From: Patescibacteria group bacterium | GTDB taxonomy: Bacteria; Patescibacteriota; Patescibacteriia; Patescibacteriales; BS150m-G62 | Length of the DNA stretch: 55,441 bases | Reading direction: 5' to 3' | NCBI GenBank assembly: GCA_016784175.1 | Contig: JADHVC010000003.1 | Span: 1-55,441, forward strand | Shown here: positions 18,651-27,491 of the stretch, one piece after another | Position numbering within the stretch: the stretch's first letter is position 1 | How the letters are laid out: each line of letters opens with the position of its first letter | Made by a program: the position numbers and the translations under genes | The notes under the pieces: generated by a model | Told to the model about the DNA's origin: nothing | The model's database searches: none | What the model saw: the letters and a program-made list of their open reading frames with translations, nothing else

Positions 18651-20597
18651 TTATTTATTAAAATACCACTCCCAGATATCATAAGCTATAGGCACAGCGG
18701 CTTCTGACCCCTCACCACCTTCTTCAATGAGAATAGTTAACACCATCTCTGGGTTGATATATGGCGCAAACCCCGTAAACCACGCATGGGTTTCTTTTTT
18801 ACTAGACCATTGAGCTGTCCCGGTTTTTCCCGCACTAGTCACACCTAAAAGTGAGAGCCGTCTAGCGCTGCCTTTAGTAACAGCCTGACGCATACCCTCT
18901 TTTACAATCTTAATATTATAGCTATCAATAAAATTTTCACGAATATGTGCTGTATCAAGTGGTTTTGAGGATCCATCAGCACTAGAAAGAACCTTACTAA
19001 CAATGTGAGGTCGATAAAGCTTTCCGTCATTTGCAAAAGCAGATGTAAACAAAGCCACTTGCAGTGGGGTTACAAGTACATCACCCTGACCGATAGCTAA
19101 ATGATAAGTGTCCCCAATATACCATGGCTCACCTTTAACTGCCAATTTCCACTCTATTGATGGCAAGAAACCACTAGCTTCACCAGCTAAATCTATTCCA
19201 GTTTGCTCACTTAGTCCAAATAGTTTTCCATATTGAACAATTCTCTTTACACCTAAACCTTCAAAATCTTTATAACCTCCACCAATATAATAAAAAAATG
19301 TATTCACTGATTCTGCTAATGCCCTTCTAGCGTCAACTATCCCATGACCTCCGGCCTTCCAGTCGGGGAAATACCAACTTGAAATTCTTATTCCGCCGAC
19401 ACTCAGAAAGCTTGTATATTCGCTGATTACTTTTTCTTGTAGTGCTGCAGCAATCATCACAGGCTTAATAGTTGACCCAGATGGATATTCACCGCTAATC
19501 GCTCTATTAAATAGTGGATTGTCTTCATGGTTTATTAGGTCGCGGTATTCGGCTAAAGAAATTCCACGAGCAAAAGCATTATTATTGTATGAAGGGATAT
19601 TTACTAATGCCATTACTTCTCCGTTATTAGGATTTAGAGCGATAACGACAGCTCTATTGGTCTTAATTTTCTCAAGATGTTTTTTTGTAATCTCCTCTAT
19701 TTTACTTTGCAATACCACATCAATAGACAATATTAAATGCGAACCATCCTCAGGTTTGATCTCTTTTATGATTCTTTTTTCTTTTCCTAAAGCATCAACC
19801 TCGATTTGCTTTTGACCATTTAAACCTCTGAGTTCAGGTTCCCAAAAAAACTCAATACCCACCTTGCCGATATAGTCAATCGGATTATATAAAGAACCAT
19901 AATCCTCTAATTCATTATTATTAATTTTACCCGTATATCCTAAAATATGAGACATAGATAAGTTATGCAAATAATATTCTCGTCTTGTTTTATTAGTAAG
20001 TATAACACCTGGCCATTTCTTACTTTCAAGTAGGATTTTCATAGCTGCTTCATACTTAATGCTATCCGTTAAGAACAGAGGTTGAAAAGATTTCAATGAA
20101 CCTACTTGAATTTGAGAGATCATAGCCTCCATATCATCAATGCTAAACTCATTTTCTAAAATAGTATTTAATTTTAGCAAAATCTCAAATCGAGATATTC
20201 TGTCTCGTGGCAAATCAGCAGGAACAAAATACAATAGAAAGTTCGCAACATTTTGCACCAAGGGTCTCATCTTGCTATCATAAATTATTCCTCTTTTTGC
20301 CTCAATTCTCTCCAATCGAACTCTATTACCTTGCGCAAGATCATAATAATGATTACCCATAATAATTTGTAGCCAAATTAACCGTGCTATCAATAATCCA
20401 ATTAGCAAAAAAAAGAACAATAGTACAATATTGGTTCTTAAGTAGCTAAAAAATGGTCTTACCTTACTTATTCCAAGCGCTGTTGGCAATATACTGCCAT
20501 GAGTCCAATGTTCTATATATTTATTTTTTACAATTTTCCCATACGTTTTTACAACAAAGAGGTCATCATTATTCTTCTTTATGTTTAGTAGCTTCAT
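18651..20597 (-). CDS. mrdA: Penicillin-binding protein 2 (class B transpeptidase)
   Basis: SxxK (SGSTIKP), SxN (ESVN) and KTG (KTGTAQ) motifs plus an N-terminal TM anchor. Lies downstream of mreBCD. Confidence 0.92.
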   Translation of the reverse strand: MKLLNIKKNNDDLFVVKTYGKIVKNKYIEHWTHGSILPTALGISKVRPFFSYLRTNIVLLFFFLLIGLLIARLIWLQIIMGNHYYDLAQGNRVRLERIEAKRGIIYDSKMRPLVQNVANFLLYFVPADLPRDRISRFEILLKLNTILENEFSIDDMEAMISQIQVGSLKSFQPLFLTDSIKYEAAMKILLESKKWPGVILTNKTRREYYLHNLSMSHILGYTGKINNNELEDYGSLYNPIDYIGKVGIEFFWEPELRGLNGQKQIEVDALGKEKRIIKEIKPEDGSHLILSIDVVLQSKIEEITKKHLEKIKTNRAVVIALNPNNGEVMALVNIPSYNNNAFARGISLAEYRDLINHEDNPLFNRAISGEYPSGSTIKPVMIAAALQEKVISEYTSFLSVGGIRISSWYFPDWKAGGHGIVDARRALAESVNTFFYYIGGGYKDFEGLGVKRIVQYGKLFGLSEQTGIDLAGEASGFLPSIEWKLAVKGEPWYIGDTYHLAIGQGDVLVTPLQVALFTSAFANDGKLYRPHIVSKVLSSADGSSKPLDTAHIRENFIDSYNIKIVKEGMRQAVTKGSARRLSLLGVTSAGKTGTAQWSSKKETHAWFTGFAPYINPEMVLTILIEEGGEGSEAAVPIAYDIWEWYFNK

Positions 20598-20601
20598 TTT
20601 G

Positions 20602-21132
20602 TTAGTGTGCTTTCTTTAAAAAGACAGATTTTAAATTATTTGTAAAAAAACTCAAAGTATAAAACAGTAAAGCCATGAATACAATATTTATAGTTATTTT
20701 AGCCATTTCATATTTAAAAAAAAGTAAAGGAACTTGAACTTGAGAAACAATATTAAAGGCATAAAATAAACTACTTAATAAATATAGGATTAAGTTTTGG
20801 GTAAAAAGTAGTACAACAAACAAAATAATCGTTGAATATAGAGATTTGTCTGTAAAGTAGTTTGTATTTAGTGAGTTCACAAATAAAAACGAAATAAAGA
20901 ATGCGATCATATGTGCGCCAAAGGGAAAAAAAAGTATTGTATCCATAACCAAACCACTAAATACTACCCACAAAAGAGCAAACTCAAAACCTCTAATTAA
21001 TAAAACAAAAATAATGGAAATTGATACTATATCAACATAAGCAATGGGTAGCGGTAAACCACTAACAAATGAAATTTGATATATACAGATTATTAGACAA
21101 ATGATTGCGTGCAAAAATAGTTTTTTTTTCAT
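20602..21132 (-). CDS. mreD: Rod shape-determining protein MreD
   Basis: Small polytopic membrane protein between mreC and PBP2, overlapping the mreC stop by 4 nt. Confidence 0.75.
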   Translation of the reverse strand: MKKKLFLHAIICLIICIYQISFVSGLPLPIAYVDIVSISIIFVLLIRGFEFALLWVVFSGLVMDTILFFPFGAHMIAFFISFLFVNSLNTNYFTDKSLYSTIILFVVLLFTQNLILYLLSSLFYAFNIVSQVQVPLLFFKYEMAKITINIVFMALLFYTLSFFTNNLKSVFLKKAH

Positions 21133-21932
21133 GGCAATATGATCGATACAATACTTGCTTTATTAATGTCACTTGATGGTTCAATGATAGCGCTTTTCCA
21201 AACATCATTGCTCTTTTGAAAGATTTGTATGACTCTTCCGACTATTATGCCTGGAGGAACAGTTGATTCAAGTCCAGATGTTATAATAGTGTCCATTAAA
21301 TTTATAGTTTCTGTCTGAGGAATGTAATTCATTTTGGTTATCAAATTCAATTCACCTATTGTAATTCCTGATGTTTGATGAGAATTTTCCCCCATTACAG
21401 CAAACTCACAATCCTTTTCAGTAATTAAACAAACTTCCGAAATATTATTGCTTACTTTTACTATTTTCCCGAGTAACATTCCGGAACTATTAACAACAGC
21501 TAGTCCCTCAATGATCCCATCTTTTATCCCTTTGTCGATAATAACACCAGCTCCGCTATACGAAAGAGTTCTTGGCTTTGAGATAATATTTGAAAAAATA
21601 GCCCGTCCTTCTTTTTGTTTAGAATAATTAAGTAAGCTTTTGAGCTCACTATTTTCTTCTTCCAATAATTTCAATCTTTGATTTTCTTTCTTTAGTAAGT
21701 TATATTCGATCACCAATCTATCAACCTCATTTATTAAATTCTTCTTTGTTGAAAAGTTAAGATATGTGCGCGCTATACTTGTACTTAAAGAGTGAAGTCC
21801 ACTAGAGACTGGACGCAACACAAAAGCGATACTATTCTCAATTGGAGCTAATAGGCCTATATAATGCAAGCCAATTAAAGCAATAATTAACAAAAAGGAC
21901 CAGCTATAAAAATTTTTTTTCCGCGAATTCAT
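21129..21932 (-). CDS. mreC: Rod shape-determining protein MreC
   Basis: N-terminal anchor, coiled coil (ENQRLKLLEEENSELKSLL), C-terminal beta domains (GIPPGIIVGRV-like: VPPGIIVGRV). Confidence 0.88.
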   Translation of the reverse strand: MNSRKKNFYSWSFLLIIALIGLHYIGLLAPIENSIAFVLRPVSSGLHSLSTSIARTYLNFSTKKNLINEVDRLVIEYNLLKKENQRLKLLEEENSELKSLLNYSKQKEGRAIFSNIISKPRTLSYSGAGVIIDKGIKDGIIEGLAVVNSSGMLLGKIVKVSNNISEVCLITEKDCEFAVMGENSHQTSGITIGELNLITKMNYIPQTETINLMDTIITSGLESTVPPGIIVGRVIQIFQKSNDVWKSAIIEPSSDINKASIVSIILP

Positions 21933-21969
21933 GAATAATTATTCAATAGCATTTATTAGTATAAAATAT

Positions 21970-23034
21970 TTAGTTATCGTCTGCACTTGATACTCTCACT
22001 TTCTGTAATAATTCATTATCACCCAACATAATGCCGGTGCCCCTGACTACACAAGTTAAAGGATCCTCTCCTATTCTAACAGGTATTTTTGTTGCTTGAG
22101 CTATGCACTTATCTATATTTCTTAGCAAGGCTACACCTCCAGTAAGCACAATGCCATTTTCATAAATATCAGAAACAAGTTCTGGCGGAGTTATTTCAAG
22201 TACAATTTTTATATTGTCAACAATTTTTGTAATAGAACGAGACATTGCTTCTCGAATCTGAGTATCAGATATTTCAATCTGTTTTGGTAAACCTGTAATT
22301 AAATCTCTACCCCTAGCCTTCATCGTTAGTGGTTCTTTTAGCGCAAGAGCTGAACCAATGCTAATCTTAATATTTTCTGCGATCTGATCACCAATTAAAA
22401 TATTAAATTCTTCTCGAATATACTGAACTATGCTATTATCTAATTCATCTCCCGCAAGCTGCATGCTTTTCCATGTAACAACGCCACCAAGAGAGATTAC
22501 GGCTATCTCGGTTATGCCACCGCCTATATCTATTATTAAGCTAGCTTTAGCATCAAGAACTGGAAATCGAGCACCAATTGCTGCGGCCATAGACTCCTCA
22601 ACTAAAACTACTTCACGAGCACCAGCGGACTTTGTAACATCCTCAACTGCTTTTTTTTCAACCTCTGTGATATCCAATGGTATTCCAATGATAACCCTAG
22701 GTCGAGGCGATATTGTAAAATCTTCAGCATGTACTTTATCGATGAAATACTTAATCATTCTTTCGGTTATTTCGTAATCTGAAATAACACCTTTAATTAA
22801 TGGTCTAATGGCAGCTATGTGCGAGGGTGTTTTTCCAATCATAACTCTTGCTTCTTCTCCCACAGCAATAATTTCATCAGTCTTTATGTTAATAGCCACG
22901 ACTGATGGTTCGTTAATTACAATACCTCTATCGGATGAGTAAACGAGTGTATTCTTTGTACCGAGATCTATTCCGATATCTTTTGAAAATTTTCCTAAGA
23001 ATCTATTTAACACAATAAAAAAATCAAGATGCAA
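21970..23034 (-). CDS. mreB: Rod shape-determining actin homologue MreB
   Basis: DIGIDLGTKNTLVY, IDIGGGITEIAVISLGG and GIVLTGGVALLRNID are actin-fold ATPase motifs. Confidence 0.96.
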   Translation of the reverse strand: MHLDFFIVLNRFLGKFSKDIGIDLGTKNTLVYSSDRGIVINEPSVVAINIKTDEIIAVGEEARVMIGKTPSHIAAIRPLIKGVISDYEITERMIKYFIDKVHAEDFTISPRPRVIIGIPLDITEVEKKAVEDVTKSAGAREVVLVEESMAAAIGARFPVLDAKASLIIDIGGGITEIAVISLGGVVTWKSMQLAGDELDNSIVQYIREEFNILIGDQIAENIKISIGSALALKEPLTMKARGRDLITGLPKQIEISDTQIREAMSRSITKIVDNIKIVLEITPPELVSDIYENGIVLTGGVALLRNIDKCIAQATKIPVRIGEDPLTCVVRGTGIMLGDNELLQKVRVSSADDN

Positions 23035-23079
23035 AATAAATTATGCAAAATGATGCAATAAAATTGAAGATAAATTATT

Positions 23080-23268
23080 GTAACTGCTCACTATATCTGC
23101 ATTATTTTTGAGCGCATATGGAATATGTAGCAATTTTTAGCAGAATTTAACTTAAAAAATTTTATGTTTGAGTGAAGCGAGTTTAAAATTTTTGTTAAAT
23201 TGTGCGTAAAAAATTGCCCAATATTCCATCTTAAGCGAAAAAGTGATGTAGATATAGTGAGCAGTTAC
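23080..23268 (+). repeat. ~189-nt palindromic intergenic repeat, copy 4 (complete reference copy)
   Basis: GTAACTGCTCACTATATCTGCAT ... ATGTAGATATAGTGAGCAGTTAC. Ends 3 nt from the proS stop codon. The flanks AAATTATT and TAATTATA match at 6 of 8 positions. Confidence 0.93.
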
Positions 23269-23271
23269 TAA

Positions 23272-24516
23272 TTATAACTGTAGTTTTTGAACTATCTCAT
23301 CAATATTTACAAATTCAACTTCCCCAGTAGCGCGATTTTTTATCTCAACTAGACCTTTTTCAATATTCTTTTTGCTGACGATAATACGTTTTGTGCAACC
23401 TATTTTATCTGCAAGTGAAAATTTTTCACCAGGTCGACTATCTAGCCTATCATCATACAACACGTCAATTTTCATGTCTAGTAAATTTTGGTAAATCTCC
23501 TCACCTCGAACCTTTACTGACTCATTATCTTGATTAATCAAAATAATATGAACGTTAAATGGTGCAATTTCCTTTGGCCAAATTATACCCTCTTTATCAT
23601 TACTAATTTCAACAACTGTTCCCATAAGCCGACCAAGACCTATACCATAACAACCCATAATAACATCACTTTGCTCACCATTTTGATTAGTAACTTGAAA
23701 GTCAAATGAAGCACTAAATTTATTTTTTAGTTTAAATATATTGCCAACTTCTATGGACTTATGCTTAATAAGCTTTTTTGTTTTGCAATTTGGACAATCA
23801 CTTTGAACATCGATAATCTCCTCATTAATTGCTAGGTTGCATTTATCACAAACATAGATATTGTCCTCGCCAGCTACACAAAGAGTTTGAAATTCATGTG
23901 AAAATTGTGAAAATGAACCACCAGACGCAAAAGTTAAATAAGTAGAGCCAAGGATGCCACATCGTTTGAAAATTCTAAAGTAAGCTTTTTGGACTAATTT
24001 ATAATATTCATTCAAATCTTCTTCATCTAAATGAAAAGAATATAAATCTTTCATCATAAATTCCCGACCACGAAGTATTCCTGATTTAGCTCTTAATTCA
24101 TTTCGAAATTTTGTTTGGAATTGATAAACTTTAGTTGGTAAGTCTTTATAGGAATGTATATGCTTTTGCATTAAAGGAACAACTACTTCTTCATGGGACT
24201 GACCAAGAACCAATTTAGAACCCCCTTTTAATTCAGTATTAAAGAGAACATCAATATCCTGTCTGCCAGTTTGAATGTAATTTTGCAATGGATGTAATGC
24301 TGGCATATAAACCTCCTGACCATCAATATTATTTATTTCTTCACGAATTACATTTTCAATCTTTTTTATAACTCGCAAGCCTAAGGGCAAAAGTGTATAT
24401 ACCCCAGAAAATAGCTTGTCTATAAAGCCAGCTTGAATTAATAGCTGTGCGTTTAAGCTAGTCTCATCGCTTGGCACTTGTTTTAAGGATTTTGTAAAAA
24501 GTTGCGATTGGCGCAT
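23272..24516 (-). CDS. proS: Prolyl-tRNA synthetase, short bacterial-type lacking the INS editing domain
   Basis: N-terminus MRQSQLFTKSLKQVPSDETSLNAQLLIQAGFI and class II motifs (FRNELRAKSGILRGREFMMKD, GCYGIGLGRL). Only 414 aa. CDKC...CPNC (residues 223-244) sits where the ~180-aa INS domain normally lies. Confidence 0.9.
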   Translation of the reverse strand: MRQSQLFTKSLKQVPSDETSLNAQLLIQAGFIDKLFSGVYTLLPLGLRVIKKIENVIREEINNIDGQEVYMPALHPLQNYIQTGRQDIDVLFNTELKGGSKLVLGQSHEEVVVPLMQKHIHSYKDLPTKVYQFQTKFRNELRAKSGILRGREFMMKDLYSFHLDEEDLNEYYKLVQKAYFRIFKRCGILGSTYLTFASGGSFSQFSHEFQTLCVAGEDNIYVCDKCNLAINEEIIDVQSDCPNCKTKKLIKHKSIEVGNIFKLKNKFSASFDFQVTNQNGEQSDVIMGCYGIGLGRLMGTVVEISNDKEGIIWPKEIAPFNVHIILINQDNESVKVRGEEIYQNLLDMKIDVLYDDRLDSRPGEKFSLADKIGCTKRIIVSKKNIEKGLVEIKNRATGEVEFVNIDEIVQKLQL

Positions 24517-24563
24517 ATATTTAAGAATTATTTAAGAGTTTAGATAATTACTACATACAATAC

Positions 24564-24592
24564 ACTATATGCCAAATAGATCAGCTTGTAAA
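24564..24592 (-). promoter_or_regulatory. Sigma70-like promoter candidate for proS
   Basis: On the - strand, TTTACA (24592-24587), 17-nt spacer, TATAGT (24569-24564). Confidence 0.4.
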
Positions 24593-24633
24593 GAAATATT
24601 TTAATCACAATTTAGTCAAAATATCGATTATAC

Positions 24634-24658
24634 AAAAAAAGAGGGGAGTTATCCCTCT
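24634..24658 (-). terminator. Rho-independent terminator after the beta-lactamase-fold gene
   Basis: Stem AGAGGG (24640-24645) / CCCTCT (24653-24658), followed on the - strand by a T-run (A-run 24634-24640 on +). Confidence 0.65.
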
Positions 24659-24718
24659 AGAAAATACAAGTTGAAATACAATGATACTTCTAGCTTGATC
24701 GATGAATTTTGTTATTTT

Positions 24719-25780
24719 TTACAATGAGCCATGAATACTATTAATGATATGCCGAGCATAAATGTTTCGCAAAACGTGAGTGCGATCAGTTCTTTTTGGA
24801 TAAGTTCTATTCATTAGAATTACAATTGCAAGATCATGTTCATAGTTAATGAGTAAGTATGGACCTGTAAACGCAGAATGACCAATAGCGTCAAGCATAA
24901 ATTTACCCATCCAAGGTCTATTTAACATCCAACCAAGACCTGAATGAATTTTGCAACTCCTTGTATAATTAATCTTTGCAATATTAGCTGTGTTTCTAAA
25001 TGTATAGCCACCCCTGCACTTAAATTGATCTAACCAGAACTGCGCAAATTTTTGAAGATCACGCGCAGTTGAAAACAAACCAGCATGGCCCGCAACACCT
25101 CCAAGTGCACGAGTACTTTCATCATGCACTACCCCACAAATATCTAACCCATCCACGACTTCTGTTGGAGCGCAATTACATCTACGATTATTAATATGCG
25201 GCAATTCACTGGAATAAAAACTCGTATCTTTCATATTGAGGGGTTCAAGTACCAATTGCGTTATTATTTGTGAAAGAGATTTAGATTTAACTATTTCTAG
25301 AATTCTGCCAAGTAAAAACATATTTACATTAGTATATTCTGCATTTGTGCCAGGTAACCATTTTAATTGATTTTGACCAATGTACCTTAAAGCATTATCT
25401 TTAAAGTCGATATTTGTGGCCAGTTTTGACATATGAGCTTGGATACCAGTGGTATGGGTTAGCAGATCTTTAATTGTAATTTTATCACCAAAGGGCACTA
25501 GTTCTTTACTTATATAATCGCTTACTTTGTCCTCTAGATTAATTATTTCCTTCTCAACTAGTAGCAATATAGCAGTAGAAGTAAAAACCTCTGTAATAGA
25601 AGCAATATCATATGTACTAGTCTTGACATAAGCTGGACAAATTGGCATACCACTATAATATAAGTTTCCATAGGCCTGTTTAAATATTTCTTTTCTGTGT
25701 TGCTGAACGGTGACAATAAGCGATGGTGATACTTTCTTAGTTATTAATTCATGAGCGATAATGCCAATTACATCTTCCAT
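24719..25780 (-). CDS. Serine hydrolase, beta-lactamase/PBP (class C-like) fold with a variant active-site motif
   Basis: Family-typical layout with the YxN motif (YTNVN) and GHSAFTG. The expected SxxK reads S61-I-T-E64 (codons at 25589-25600). Confidence 0.8.
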   Translation of the reverse strand: MEDVIGIIAHELITKKVSPSLIVTVQQHRKEIFKQAYGNLYYSGMPICPAYVKTSTYDIASITEVFTSTAILLLVEKEIINLEDKVSDYISKELVPFGDKITIKDLLTHTTGIQAHMSKLATNIDFKDNALRYIGQNQLKWLPGTNAEYTNVNMFLLGRILEIVKSKSLSQIITQLVLEPLNMKDTSFYSSELPHINNRRCNCAPTEVVDGLDICGVVHDESTRALGGVAGHAGLFSTARDLQKFAQFWLDQFKCRGGYTFRNTANIAKINYTRSCKIHSGLGWMLNRPWMGKFMLDAIGHSAFTGPYLLINYEHDLAIVILMNRTYPKRTDRTHVLRNIYARHIINSIHGSL

Positions 25781-25884
25781 CGTCTATAACCCCTTTTGTA
25801 AAGAACAATTGATTAATAATGTTATAATAGACAAAAATTAGCATATTTACAAGTCTTGGTAAGTCTCTACTATAAACAAAAAAA

Positions 25885-26074
25885 GCAACTACTCACTATA
25901 TCTGCATTATTTTTGAGCGCATATGGAATATGTAGTAATTTTTAGCAGAATTTAACTTAAAAAAATTTATGTTTGAGTGAAACGAGTTTAAAATTTTTGT
26001 TAAATTGTGCGTAAAAAAATTGCTCAATATTCCATCCTAAGCGAAAAAGTAATGTAGATATAGTAAGTAGTTAC
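25885..26074 (+). repeat. ~189-nt palindromic intergenic repeat, copy 5
   Basis: GCAACTACTCACTATATCTGCAT ... ATGTAGATATAGTAAGTAGTTAC. The flanks CAAAAAAA and TAAAAAAA match at 7 of 8 positions but are low-complexity. Ends 46 nt upstream of the murD ATG. Confidence 0.92.
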
Positions 26075-26120
26075 TAAAAAAATAATTGAAAAAAGTATAC
26101 ATAAGTGGTATTTTTATACT

Positions 26121-27452
26121 ATGGATAATATGAACACATTATTTGAGAATAAAAAAATTACTCTTCTTGGCCTAGGAGTACTGGGACGGGGAGTGGGAGA
26201 TGCTAAATTTTTAGCTAAAGCAGGGGCAAAATTAACTATAACTGACCTTAAAACTAGCACTGAACTAAAAACTTCTCTTGAAAAATTGAAAAAATTCTCA
26301 AATATAAGCTATACACTCGGTAAACACAAGCCAAGTGATTTTAATAACAAAGACTTAATAATTAAATGTGCTGGAGTTCCTCTTGACTCTATCTACATAA
26401 AAGAGGCTCGTATTAATAAAATTCCCATTAAAATGAGCACAGCCATTTTTGCTAAACAGACAGCAGCAAAATTAATAGGTATAACTGGCACAAGAGGAAA
26501 ATCAACGGTCACTCACTTAATTTATCACATACTTAAAACTGCTGGAATTAAAGCCCATTTAGGAGGGAATGTGAAGGGTGTTTCTACTCTATCTTTGTTA
26601 AATAAAGTTAAAAAGAATGAATATGTAATTCTTGAATTGGACTCTTGGCAACTTCAGGGTTTTGGTGAGGACAAAATAAGTCCACAGATTAGCGTATTTA
26701 CCAATTTTATGCCTGATCATTTAAACTATTATAAAGGCGATATGCAAAGGTACTTAATGGACAAGATTAATATCTTCAAATATCAACAACCAAATGATAC
26801 ATTAATAACGAATAAAGCGACTTTAAAAATTATTAAAAAAGAATACAAATTTAAAATAAATAGCAAAATACTAGAAGTAGAAAATGTACTAAGTCGTACT
26901 AATCTTTGGAAAAAAAATTTACTAGGGAGTCACAATTTAATGAATATTGCAATGGCAGTACAAGTAGGAGAAGAAATCGGTATTAGCGAGAATATGATCA
27001 AGAAGGCTATTTCTACTTTTGCTGGAGTGCCAGGTAGGCTAGAATTAGTAAAAAACATAAATGGGATTAGATATTATAACGACACTACTTCAACTATACC
27101 CGAAGCAACAATGGCAGCAATTAATGCCTTAGAAAACAAAAGAATAATTCTAATTGCAGGTGGAAATGATAAAAACTTAGAATACAAGAAATTAGCCAAT
27201 ATTATAAGCACAAAAGTAAATAAGCTAATTCTATTACCAGGAAGTGCAACCAAGAAAATAACAGACAGTCTACCCAAAAAATACAAATATATAGTTACAG
27301 AAAGTATGGAAGGTGCTGTTAAGGAAGCTAGTCTAAGTGCAAAAAAAGGGGACATTGTCTTGCTTTCTCCAGGAGCTGCTAGTTTTGGATTATTTATAAA
27401 TGAGTTTGACAGAGGATACCGCTTCTGTAAATATATTAATAAAATTTCATAA
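26121..27452 (+). CDS. murD: UDP-N-acetylmuramoylalanine--D-glutamate ligase MurD
   Basis: N-terminal Rossmann-like LGLGVLGRG, Mur ligase P-loop GITGTRGKSTVT, GSHNLMNIAMA, and C-terminal SPGAASFG. Confidence 0.88.
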   Translation: MDNMNTLFENKKITLLGLGVLGRGVGDAKFLAKAGAKLTITDLKTSTELKTSLEKLKKFSNISYTLGKHKPSDFNNKDLIIKCAGVPLDSIYIKEARINKIPIKMSTAIFAKQTAAKLIGITGTRGKSTVTHLIYHILKTAGIKAHLGGNVKGVSTLSLLNKVKKNEYVILELDSWQLQGFGEDKISPQISVFTNFMPDHLNYYKGDMQRYLMDKINIFKYQQPNDTLITNKATLKIIKKEYKFKINSKILEVENVLSRTNLWKKNLLGSHNLMNIAMAVQVGEEIGISENMIKKAISTFAGVPGRLELVKNINGIRYYNDTTSTIPEATMAAINALENKRIILIAGGNDKNLEYKKLANIISTKVNKLILLPGSATKKITDSLPKKYKYIVTESMEGAVKEASLSAKKGDIVLLSPGAASFGLFINEFDRGYRFCKYINKIS

Positions 27453-27491
27453 ATTATTATTTTATTCAATAAGAATAGTAAAATTAACTAT

